DNA of 56,470 bases, the filler included, from Sphacelaria rigidula (Eukaryota): NCBI GenBank assembly GCA_964200075.2. It is 4 parts of 4 records of this genome, joined end to end, with 100 filler letters (N's around TTAATTAATTAA, not from the genome) between each part and the next. Parts side by side here need not be neighbours in the genome. Positions count along the whole stretch, not along the records: positions 14,146 to 28,189 come from CAXNAA020002489.1; positions 28,290 to 42,330 come from CAXNAA020002490.1; 2 more parts are not named here. One strand, given 5' to 3'. Positions 24,276-35,500 of the stretch are shown piece by piece. The notes under the pieces were generated by a model. It searched no databases and was not told the origin of the DNA. It worked only from the letters and a program-made list of their open reading frames with translations. A program made the translations under genes and the position numbers. Each line of letters starts with the position of its first letter. The first letter of the stretch is position 1.

Positions 24276-25613
24276 TAGAGATGTGCTCCGTTGGAAAAAT
24301 TCAAACGGAGAGGATTTCGGGTTCTCGAATTTTTGGCAGCCTTATCCGGATGAATCCGCGGATTGAAAAAAGTGGCGGATATCCGGATATCGGGATGCCT
24401 GATCTGCAGACGGGTTTCGAGGGAAACGAGCGATGGATGCTCCGCAACTCTCCTCACACGCATGTTGCGCATATCCGAAAGGGGCAGTGGAGCCTTGTAT
24501 CACGTACCACGGGTCAGATGCACAAATCAAATGAAGATTGAAGTGAAAAAGGTTGTCAACACGGGATTTGACCGTTTGGGGATGGATCTTTTATTGGGGA
24601 TGAAAACCCGCAGGGTTAAAATCGTCTTATCCACACCAAATGTTCCAAGTATGCTTCCATTTGTTCACTCGCTGGTAGCTGTTGACAACTACCATACTCC
24701 ATACAAATTTGGATTTCGATACGCGAAATGTCGGGGTCCTAGGTGAAGAACCAACCTTGGCGTCCGATCGGACACCTAAAATCCCCCCAAAATTGGGTTT
24801 TCACCTAGGACCCCTACATTTCGGCTATCGAAATCCAAATGTGTATGGCGTGTAGTAGTAGTCAATAGCTACCAGCAAGTAAAGAGATGGAAGCATACTT
24901 CGATTGTTCGGTGTGGATACGAAGATTTTGATCCTGCGGGTTTTCATCCCCAATGAAAGATCCATCCCCATATTGTAAAACCCCGTGTTTGTCGTCGTTA
25001 TCCGCGCATTGTGCCAGCGATGTGCAAAAATGAACGTCATTTCCATGGCAAACCGGGAAAACGAAGTCCGACCACGACATCTAACTTTCGCAAGGCCACT
25101 GCAAACCACAGTACGCGTCTGATGTGCTTCCATGACCAGCGGCATCGGTTGCTCCGTCTCTTCCCGCCAGGACACAATTTACGATCTCACGATCAACTAC
25201 TGGTCGCAACGACTCTGTTCTTTTCAATTGATGGCTGATCGAGTATACTTTTCGGCCGCCTCCCGAGAACCTTTTCGGAATATGGGCGTCTCAAGACGTT
25301 TCGGCGTGAGTCTGCTTCTTCGTTGAGTCGTAATGAGCCCACTGCGAGAACACTCGCTCTTTGGGGCCTGACAATGCCGGAACAGCCAGGGCTTTCCGAG
25401 CGACATCATGCGCAATGAGTGGGTACTTGTGCACATTCAGCGCCCACCACCTGACTGAGCGGATGCTCGCTGATGGCCAGAGCGGGTTCCACTGCAATGT
25501 ACAAAATATCGACAAAAAAAAAAAAAATGTTTGTTTGTTTCAAACGGAGCGGTTTAGGATCGGATTCAAACGGAGCGGATATCCGGAGTGGACGGAGCAG
25601 AGCACATCATCTG
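24276..25613. mobile_element. Ac/hAT-like non-autonomous element with an internal long inverted repeat
   Basis: Starts TAGAGATGTGCTC and ends GAGCACATCATCTG (maize Ac ends are TAGGGATG-type). AAACGG and CGGAT/ATCCG motifs cluster at both ends. No clean TSD. Confidence 0.6.
24557..24991. repeat. Long inverted repeat, ~200-bp arms with a ~30-bp spacer
   Basis: GGGATGGATCTTTTATTGGGGATGAAAACCCGCAGG...GGGGTCCTAGGTGAA pairs with TTCACCTAGGACCCC...CCTGCGGGTTTTCATCCCCAATGAAAGATCCATCCC. The ORF track shows the same pseudo-peptide on opposite strands. Confidence 0.9.
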
Positions 25614-25732
25614 AAGTGTTATTAGCCCATCATTTTTCGATCGAGAAAGTGCGGTGGAAAACAAATATTCCGATCTGATCATAGGTCATGATTTAAACCA
25701 TCTTCAAAATAAACTACGATAGTTGAAATCAC

Positions 25733-26993
25733 GACCTATGATCAGATCGAAGGTTTCCGTTTTCATCGCACATTTTCGATCGAAGAATGAAGTGCTAAAA
25801 AGGCGTGTCTTGGCACATCTCTTTTCGGGGCGCGACCTATTTTCAGGTTTGGGTATGCAAATAAGAGTGTATAGGTCGCGAACGCCTCCATAACCAATTC
25901 CACGACAAAATCAGTTTCAAATGTTGATGAGCACACGAAGCAACAGGCATACTCCACAGTAGCGCGCAGCAGAGCTGTAACACCGATCATATTCCTCTTG
26001 TTGTAGGGCAAGATGCTGTAAACGTAGGCGGCGATGAGATCTTTGCTCCATACTACTGGGAATCGTGAAATCAATCGTTTTTTCTTGGGGCACTTCTTGA
26101 AGCCAAGTTTTTGAATAACAAAAATATGTTGATAGTTGATAGTTGCTGCGCCATGGACAACATAATACTAGCTGGGTGTTCAAGTATAATCCTGTTGTCA
26201 TGAGAGTGCATTACGTAACGACAACCGTTCACACCCGCCGCAGCCCATGCACAGGAATAATACAGTGTGTCCGCGCGATAACGGCATTTGGATGCTCTGA
26301 GTACCATACATGACCGTATACCCGCAAGTAGGGAAACTTGTGAAATCACACCATCATTGCACGACAAGCACCGTTGTCTGCTGTCTGCTGTGCGGACTGT
26401 ACTCTGTGTACAGCGGACAACAGACGACAGCAGTAGCATAAGAGTACTACTGTACAGGATCTATAGCGCTTTGAACGCAGTTGCCAGGTGGTGCGATACA
26501 GGGATACTCCCACTACTCGCGCTGCCAAGTGGATAGCCTGCACAGTAAACGGACACAGTGTACAGACAGCGCGTTGTCTTGTACAACAGCAGTGCAACAA
26601 CAGTATGATATCACGTGTTGCATACTGTATGCAGTCCGTGTCGTCAGAGCATCCATACAATCAAGCATGCGCGGTGCTTGGCTGGCCAAGAGCACAAGAC
26701 GACTGTTTGCTCGTCAATATCGAGCAGAGACCTCATCGCCGCAGGCGGGTGTGGTCTCCTGCCCTACGACAATATATTTTCTTTACCACCCTGCTGTCGA
26801 CTGCTGTGAAGTGCGACTGACCGTTGTTTCGTATGCCCAGCATTTCGATTTGAAATTGGGTTTATCTTGGGTTGGTTCTGGAGGCGTTCGCGACCTGCAC
26901 GCTCTTCTTTGCATACCCCACCTGCAAATAGATCGCGCCCTTTTTTCGATCGAAAACGTGTGGTCGATTTTTTTCTTGCCGATCTGATAGGTC
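25733..26993. mobile_element. Foldback-like element, ~1.26 kb, with long degenerate inverted arms
   Basis: Ends GACCTATGATCAGATCG and CGATCTGATAGGTC. Paired blocks ~25830-25890 with ~26880-26940, ~26000-26050 with ~26720-26770, and GGATGCTCTGA with TCAGAGCATCC. A third terminus at ~25634-25702 forms a tight hairpin with the left end. Confidence 0.7.
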
Positions 26994-27087
26994 CACCGCA
27001 TTTGTGTTCCTAGAAGGCTTCGACTCAAGACTATAGTTAGTGGCGCGCGGAGAAGAAAAACAATGAAGCTACACGGTACAGTTCGGT

Positions 27088-27262
27088 CACACGTTCACGT
27101 TTCACGTCAAAAGTTAAGCTAGGCTAGTACTATGGTGGGAGACAGGGATCACGTGCGGAGCTTTGTTCAAAAGTCAAGTCAAGTCAGGGCTCCCCGCGTG
27201 TTCCCCCAACGTATTACTAGCCTAGCCTAACTTTCGACGCACAAATTTAAATCTGAACGTGT
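27088..27262. repeat. Short foldback / MITE-like inverted repeat
   Basis: CGTCAAAAGTTAAGCTAGGCTAGTA pairs with TACTAGCCTAGCCTAACTTTCGACG; outer pair CACGTTCA / TGAACGTG. Confidence 0.65.
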
Positions 27263-28072
27263 AACGTGTAGGACCCTGTCTTACTTTCGCGCATTATATT
27301 CTTCCTATCCAAGACTCTCCTTTCACACGCGGCCATTCGGCTACCTCGTAGAGGAATTTTCAAACAACATCCTCGGTTCCGTCCGTTTTAAAATCGCCCC
27401 TAGAGGATCTTGGGTATTCGTAATCCTCTAGAGGGTTTTCAATGTCGGGACCCTCGAAGGTCCGTGTCGATATTAAAATTCCCTGTCTTGTTTTTGGAGG
27501 CACGAGTGCTATGGAAATCTGGAATTTTCACAGCTGTTCGAAATAAGTCCTGATTCCAAATTATTGGAATCAGGCCAAACGGATTTATTTCGAACAGCAG
27601 AGGCTGTGCAAATCCCATATACACTCACAAATGGAATTTGTACACCAGAAACTGGTCGTAATAAATCCTCATTTTGCCCACCAATACCTTGGATTGGGCA
27701 AAAAGAGACGAGTATTTTTGCGAGCAGCTTTTGCTGTTCAAGTCCCACATACGACACGGTATCGGTGGATGAGAGTCGAGAGACAGCAGAAGTCGTTGAG
27801 AACTCATCCTCTTGCCCCCCATTTCATATCTCGGGCAAGCGGATCGAACTCTTCAACAGCTTCGACTGGTTTCAAATCCCATACACCGATTGCGAATGTA
27901 TGTACACACAGCCATGCTAAGTAGCTTTAGCTTGTGGTTATGATGTTCAGATAGTAAGAACCTCATTTATCTGAACATACGAGCTTGAAAACCGCGTGGT
28001 CCAGTGTTCACCATTCGAACATCAAAGTGTAGCATTTTTTCGAGTGAACACGCGAAAATTTATGATTGGAGT

Positions 28073-28189
28073 CAAGGGTGGGTGAAAAAAATATCCCTGG
28101 ACCCCCTCCCCTGCTCCATCTCGAAAGGGATGCGTGGTCAATGGTCAGACGACTAAGGCAAGCAACACATGAGAACGCCCCCACCCCCC
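28073..28189 (-). repeat. G-run-headed dispersed repeat at the end of contig 2
   Basis: Reverse complement of the family at 28338-28450 and 13311-13365. Its distal part matches 56373-56410. Confidence 0.7.
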
Positions 28190-28289
28190 NNNNNNNNNNN
28201 NNNNNNNNNNNNNNNNNNNNNNNNNNNNNNNNNTTAATTAATTAANNNNNNNNNNNNNNNNNNNNNNNNNNNNNNNNNNNNNNNNNNNN
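28190..28289. other. Artificial contig spacer
   Basis: N44-TTAATTAATTAA-N44. Confidence 0.97.
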
Positions 28290-28337
28290 ACCGGAGCATA
28301 CCTGCACGGTGGGAGGGGTTGCGCCTGCGGGCGAGGG

Positions 28338-28450
28338 GCGGGGGGGGGGGGGGGGGTGGTTGGGGCGTACTCATTTGTGCTTTGCCTTAGTCGTTCAACC
28401 ATTGACCATGCATCCCTTTCGAGACGCGGCAGGAACCCGGGGGTGGGGAT
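28338..28450 (+). repeat. G-run-headed dispersed repeat at the start of contig 3
   Basis: GGGG...GGGGCGTACTCATTTGTGCTTTGCCTTAGTCGTTCAACCATTGACCATGCATCCCTTTCGAGA. Confidence 0.7.
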
Positions 28451-29344
28451 TCAAGACCTGGAACCCACGTGTACTTGTACATGAAACATCTGGCGACATG
28501 CCCCGGTGAGAAATGAAACACGAATAATCATCGCACGGCAGGCAGGCACGCAGACAAACAGGCGAACACAAGAAGCTATGAATGAAAAAAATGGCGGTTT
28601 GAAGCGCTGTGCGCACCCCACGAAAAACATCCAATCCTTCCCGCTAGCGTGTCCACAAGCATCGCATCGGCACACAAAAAAAAAACGAAAATGTTGGGTT
28701 TGATGATGTCTGAAGAAAAATATCAGTTTTGGGAGGAAAACGCGGCAGCTCAACCCTTTGACAGCGACCCCTCCCCCGCAGATGGACTGAGTTTGGACTA
28801 TGCCACTTCCTGGGTTCAGAACCATTCCTTATCACGACACAAAACGCATTTTTCATGAACATGTGGATATTTGTCATCTATATAGAAAATAGACCCGGAG
28901 AACCCCTGTCCAGTTTTGACCCTGCAGTCAACTTCAGAGTCGGTATGTATGTGTGCTGTATATCTTCACTGGATAACAGCAAGAGACGGTATCAGCGTGC
29001 CATCGCTCTCCACCGAACACAATTTACTGCATGCTGCCGATGCCTCTGCCTGGTGCTAAACAATAACACCACAGACAGTGTGAAGCTGCGCTGGCAGCAC
29101 ATGAGGGGTCAAGCAGGCGGCGTAGACCACGAACAGAATGCGAAAAAAAGTTATTTGTACCCATGTAATCTATGGTCCATTTCTCATTACCAAAATGAGT
29201 CGTGGGGGTACACAGAAGTACTCCAATGTAGTCCACCCGAACCGGAAGAATATGCTCATTTTGACGACAGTGATTGGTCAGGGGGGCATCCCGCGCCTCT
29301 CGGACCTCATCCACAGCTCATGAATTTCCGCGGGAAACTTCCGA

Positions 29345-29505
29345 ACACACACGGTTGATTTGGTGACCTTTTTGGCTCCTCTGCAGACAGACACCATCCC
29401 CCTCAAAAACCACACCCCCCGGTCGCTGGAAACCCCGGAATGTCTCCGGACTGTCAGCCTGTGAACCTGTTCCGAGGCGACGCTCGCTGTTCAAGGGTTG
29501 ACGAT
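29345..29505 (+). repeat. Dispersed repeat, copy 1 (second copy at 38120-38280)
   Basis: Shared core CTGGAAACCCC...TGTC.C.GGACTGTCAGCC.G...A.CTGTTCCGAGG.GA.GC. Confidence 0.7.
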
Positions 29506-29579
29506 GAACCATTTTTGGGCCACTTGTTACATTCAATCACCCGTCTTGCTCAACGCCATCATCACCTACACAATCTTAC

Positions 29580-32500
29580 CTTCCTGCCTTCCCCGAATCC
29601 AAAATGTGGGGAAGCGCCGCGACGACGCAAATCTTGACGCCGCTGCACTTTTCATCAATAACGCTGCGACTCGTCAACTGAGGCACCTTGGGTACCCACC
29701 CAGACCGCTCCAATGCCTGCCAGCAGCATCAACACACGCACGCCAGGAACCACGGCCATTGCAGGTCGGGGGTATGAGAGGCACGCCACCAAGTGGGAAC
29801 ATCGTGCTCGGGGGGTTGGGGGTGGGAAGGTACTGTAGGAGGGTAGGGGGGCCAAAGTTTGAAGATCCAGCGGAAATGGTACGTAAGAGCCGTAGGCCTG
29901 CCCCCCATGCCATAGTGTGACGCCATCAACCCCCTCCTGCTCGAGACATGGGGTTGGACCCCACTTGTTCAATTACAGCGGGGTCCCCAATGGCAGTTTA
30001 GTGCAAGCAACGATTGACCGCCTTTTCCGCCTCAGAGCGGATCGCCCGAGAGAAGAACCGCCTTCGAGTGCGGTCGCCACTGGACTATGGTACTTGGTTC
30101 ATCCGTTTTTTTTCTTTCTGAAAGGTGGAGATGACCGTACTACACTCACAAGACGACCGCGTTTTTCAAACACCCCCGGTCTGATCTTACACGTGGTGCG
30201 TTGGCGCGGCACAAATACTGGACAACACGCTTCGAAGCCCCCGCCTCCTGCCCACGACCCCATCCTCTTCAGTTCTCACGAGGGGAACAACATTCCTTCA
30301 AGAGAAGTCGACGCGGAGTTGACGAGGTGCGGCAGTGACAAATTGCAACACGACAACACAGTTTTACCGCCCTCTGTCTTAATTCCTTCCTTCATGAAAA
30401 ATATTTTCCATCTCCACGCCCGCATCACGGCACCTGCTTTTCAAACTCCCTCCCCCATCCTTTCTCCTTACTTGACACTAAACACTTCAGCATCAAGATA
30501 GTTCGTCTCAATCCACGGATGCTTCTCCTTTCCCCAAGCCATCTTCCGGAAATCAGACCTCCATGTAATCCCAAACGTCCTCAACATTCCCACGGAGCGT
30601 TTGACTCCTACAATTTCAGGATATTCATTGAGGGATACTGCATACATTGAAATGAACAGAATCGCCAGAGACATTCACAATAGGCACAAACTGACCCGAC
30701 AAACCTACTAGCTCTCCTCTAAGGGGGGTAACGAACGCCGCTGTGATCATGTCCACACCTCGGTAGCGTAGCTCACGATGCCCGCCGCTTCTCGAGGGCC
30801 TTGGTAGTCCTGCGGCCTGCTCTTCGCGCCCGCACCGAATACCTTGATGGTGGGGTAGCCCTGTACACCGTATTTCTGGGCCAAACCAGTGTGGGCCGTC
30901 GCATCCACGGCTCCAAGCTTCGCGGGAAGGTCGTGAAGAAAGAGAGAGAGAGAGCAATGCACGGGAGAGACTTTCACGAAAGTTCTCGGGGAAACTTCTA
31001 AGAGAGCTTGGGCATGTGTATGACATATGTGGCAGAAACGTAACAAAATGTCACCTCCGTATGTCATTCGGCGCATTCCCCTTCCAGGATCTGACGTATA
31101 CAATACCCCCCAGCAGCTGTAGTGGATCATACCAATACTACTGTGAAGTTTGCTCTCGTCGAAGCGCCGATGGGAACGCACGAGCCCCGGGAAAAACAGG
31201 GATGGGCTACGCCGCGAGGGCATCTGAAGAGGCGCACGCTGTACCCGATCCGTGCTTCTCTCACACAGTACGTGGAGATGTCTCAAACCCGGCTGCCCAA
31301 ATCCACGGTTGAAATATACTTGGTTTCAGTGGGGGAACCATATTCAGATGGTTCCAAAAACAAACATAAAAGCAAAAACATGCTCAATCGTTGGGGAGGC
31401 GGGTTGGGGAGAATCATCCCCTCTCCTCTCCGCAAGCGTGCCAACACAAACAAATTTAACTGCACAGAAAAAAAACGAAACAACACCAGAATTCGGGAAC
31501 ACATGCCATCTCCACGCCCCCATTTTTCGCTCACGTTGACCGTTCCCTGCAATTGCTGTGCAGCGCTTTCCCACTCGGGCTCCAGCTTCTTGCAGTGTCC
31601 ACACCAGGGTGCGAAGAATTCCACCAGCCACATCTTTAGTGCGCGAGGCACGACGTAGGACATGGAGACAGAGCGCGGCGTAAAACACGCCCGAGAAGGG
31701 TCGGAGTGTTTGGACGGAGAGATATGAATGGAATGCAAGGCAAAGCACTTCAGGGGTCAGGTGCTGCAGTGTTCAGTGAAACCATGCTCGCGGAAATCAG
31801 CACGGTGTTGGCCGAATACCGACCGCTGCCGTGCGGCAGTGGCAACATAGCACGGAACTGGACCGCGACTGCATCAATACATGACACACCACATCATTCA
31901 AATTTTCACTCGCGAGGCAAAAAACAGCCCTATGTGTGAAGATCGTGAACGGCAAAAGGGAAAGAGAGAGGGACACACTATTGAACTAAACGATGATAAC
32001 ATCAACCAACAACAGGCAGCAAACGCCTCTTGTCATGAGAAACCGTGTAAACCCTTCGAGCGCACGGGAGATTGTTAGCCTGTTCGTTATAGTCATGGAA
32101 CACGTGGAACGGTGCCCAATTCACCGAATCAAAACATTGATGGGGCGCTTCGCGGGTCAAAACAAAAGCGACGAGAAAGCTCTCATATCATCATTATCGA
32201 AATATAACATTCTACACTGTGGGTATTATATGGTCAATGGATGCAATAGACAAAAACAGTACTGCATGAAGTGTCGACAGTAGTCGCAATAGGCCCACAC
32301 TTTACCCAGTACAATCCTTGTCTCTTGCATCTATTGACCACATTGTGTTGTCCGCCGCGACGCGGTGGTGTAATGGTCCGAATGTCGCCATTAGGGTGGA
32401 GAGAACGAGGGTTCGATTGCCGATGCGTTGGATTTTTTCTTCGTAATATCTGATTTCCACGGTGGAAAGCGTGAGAACGGGAGTAAACAGAGTAGCCGAC

Positions 32501-35500
32501 TGAGTTTGTTTGACGTGAGTTGACACAGCGCGGGAGTGGTGGTCATGATCCAATCGGCGAGACCAAAATGCAAGGCGTGTGTCGGGGAGAGATGGCTTGA
32601 TCCCTTGAGACCATGGACTCGTCCCGAGGAAGGGAAGGGGTTCAAAGTGCGACAAAAACAAGAACAATGTGTCCAGGGTGTGTAACATTAACAGTCCCAT
32701 CTCGGGATACTCTCCACACCATTACGCCAGGTCGGCCTTCGGCACACCTCATCTGAACCCAAAACCATGGAGTCGAAGTTGGCCTCTGTCAGCTCCACCA
32801 CAGCCTTTCCTCCACTGCGGCTGCCGCTCGGCTTTTGTTTCTTAGGCCTGGAGGTTTCGGACGAGCAACGTTGGCGGATCGACGGTGCGCGATAGTCACG
32901 TACTCTCGAGGCTTCCTCAGTAGGGTGGACCAGCAGCAGTGCGCCCGACACCTAAAGAGGCGGTATCACCAGTTCGTACCCTGGACAACACTCTACACAG
33001 TCAAAAAGTGTACTGCGTACAGTATGGAACTTACTATCCAAAGCAAAAGACAAAAAAAAAGTCGATACCGTACGCAGCAGACTTTTTGACAACGTACTCT
33101 CTTGTCCAGAGTATGTACCATTCATTCAGCCTGAAAAATCAACGTACGACTCAGATTGTTCATCCTGGCAGTCCAAGGGCTATTGTCGGCGTTTTTTCCC
33201 AGCTCATCACAGCTTTACCGTTGACGAAAACAACGAGTGGCCGGCATAAGGCAGACTCAGCGAAAAAAGCGGCGAAGTGAACTTAACCCACCGCTATGCC
33301 GCTTTATTTCGGGTCGACCTACGTACCGTACAGGGTTCGGGGCGCGCTACGTGCGTCAAGGCCCCGAAAAAACAGTCAAGTCCAGCTAGCCAGCCGTCCG
33401 CAACTAACCACTCGCACGTTCAGCAGGAAACAAACTTCACGCCGATGTGACGTGGCCGATAAGGTTTCGACGGGAGCTAAAGTAGCACGCGAGAACTCAC
33501 CCAACACCCTCTTTACAATTTTCCCGGGCTGTTGTTCACGTCCCGCGAGGACTTCGCCGATGCACCTCGTGTGGCAACAGCCGCACTTCCAAGCCATCAT
33601 GAAAAAATACGCCCAACCCATCAACCTCCAACCGCCAGGTGCAGTTCGTCAGCCCCCTCGCCCTTCGAGACAAGGGGTAGTTCGGTGCGAAAAGAGTGCC
33701 ACGAACCACGGTTTCGAATCATAGTCGCCACACCCGATCACTGCTCTCCACCCATCCACACGATATCACTCACCCGGTGCTGCTTTCTTTCGCTCCTGCC
33801 GAGCTGGTCTTCTTGCTTCCACCGCCGCCGGCCTCCCGTGACTTGACGAGTTCTCGGGCTGCCGCCATGCCCCCCTTGACGATGTCAGAAGCAGAGCGCT
33901 GTCCCATGTAGTCGGTCGGCTTGCGCTTATCGGCGCCGAAAATTTTGATGGAGGGAAAGCCCTGTGTGTTGGCGTGTTTCATCCGGGAGAAGAGGATGGG
34001 ACACAAGGAGGCATTTTCGGAAGTCTCGTGGTTTTCTCGTGCGCTTGATGGATGCAGCGGGGAGAGTTTGCCGTCAGTCGTGCAACAGCATATGGCAAGA
34101 TGCACCGGAGTAGCATCTGATACACGGCCTGTGTTCGCACCGGGATTCATCATGGGACTAAACGTGGTTTGGATCGCCACCACAGTCCCTTGGTTGAATG
34201 AATACACTGTGGAGACGTCAAATGGAATCAGCGACCCGGTTTGTTCGCTGCATCGCCTTCAACTCGAATTTGGCGGATTTGACAAAGGCAAGGCGTGCTG
34301 GACCTTGACCAAAATTGGTGTTTTTGTCTCTCCATCATTGCCTAGGCTAGGCCTACCGCAAAAAAAATGACAATTTACTGTACGAGACAAGGGTTACGTC
34401 TCTCATCCTGCACGCACTTCGCATGTACTCACGTCGGAGGTGGGTGCTGTATGCGTTCAAGAGTAGGACACATATATCGTAGCAGGTGCAGACGAAGCAG
34501 CAACCATCTCGATAAAACGAAAAATGGACACGCACAGCGACAAGAGCTAACCACGTCGCCAGAGGGACGGCACTTCTCATTACACTAGATACTGTACAGT
34601 GGGTTGTAGATCAACGCACAGAGTTGCAGGCTAATTTACTTCCCCCAAAATAGGGTCTACTGTAGCAGAATAGAAGCCTCGTAAACCTGCGAAACTTGGA
34701 GCGCGTTACCATCGTCTTCTATACTCCCGCAAGAAAATGGTAGTTCCAGCAGGAGAAACGGGCACAGGAATGTACTGTTGTTCCATCGATTCGACCAGAT
34801 AACGCAAGACACAAGAACAAACCAGGGCTTGTCACCGGACTTCGGGACGGAAATTCCCGTCTCGTCTCGTTCCATACCGTCCCATCCCGTCGAGTGTCAT
34901 CTCACGGGAATTTGCGGGTAACGCCCGCAAAACAAGAACAACGCGACCATAATTGTGCCCACGAATGGACAATCACCGGTAGTGGGGTACAACATCCGAT
35001 AACAGAAGTTGGATCGACGCATAATTGTGAAGGGAGAGCGGTCCCGTCCCGTCCCGTCCCGAAGTCCCGTCACAAGCCGTAGTTACGATGCTTGTGACCG
35101 TTGATCCTTTCGTGTGAAATAAAGGTTGACAGGCCGTGAGGAGGGCTGAGGTATGTGAATCATGAATTAAAAATTCCCATATTCCACACAAGTAAATATA
35201 TACTCAACCTCCCGTCAGATTGGACGGGTATTCCTGAAACAAATGTTGGGAGTTTCCCGTGAGAACGGGACGGGATGGGAGCGCTTTCCAGCAGCTGAAA
35301 AAGGGGCGGGACAGGAACTCCCATCCCGTGATATTTCTCACCATATATTTTCTCGTGACAACCCGTGGGACAACGAGAGATATGACCACTTCAGTGATCA
35401 AGACATGCTTGATGGAGTACTGTATGACAATATACACACCTGGATACCATACTTGCGGGCAAGGGACTCGCTCGCTGTCGCGTCCACGGCTGCAACGTTC

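Noticed and set aside
24363-25175. A pair of paralogous convergent ORFs
   Set aside because: The similar peptides are simply translations of the two arms of an inverted repeat.
32354-32430. tRNA gene (also 44722-44800)
   Set aside because: Boxes A and B are present but no clean cloverleaf, and homology between the copies continues for ~230 bp, which indicates a SINE.
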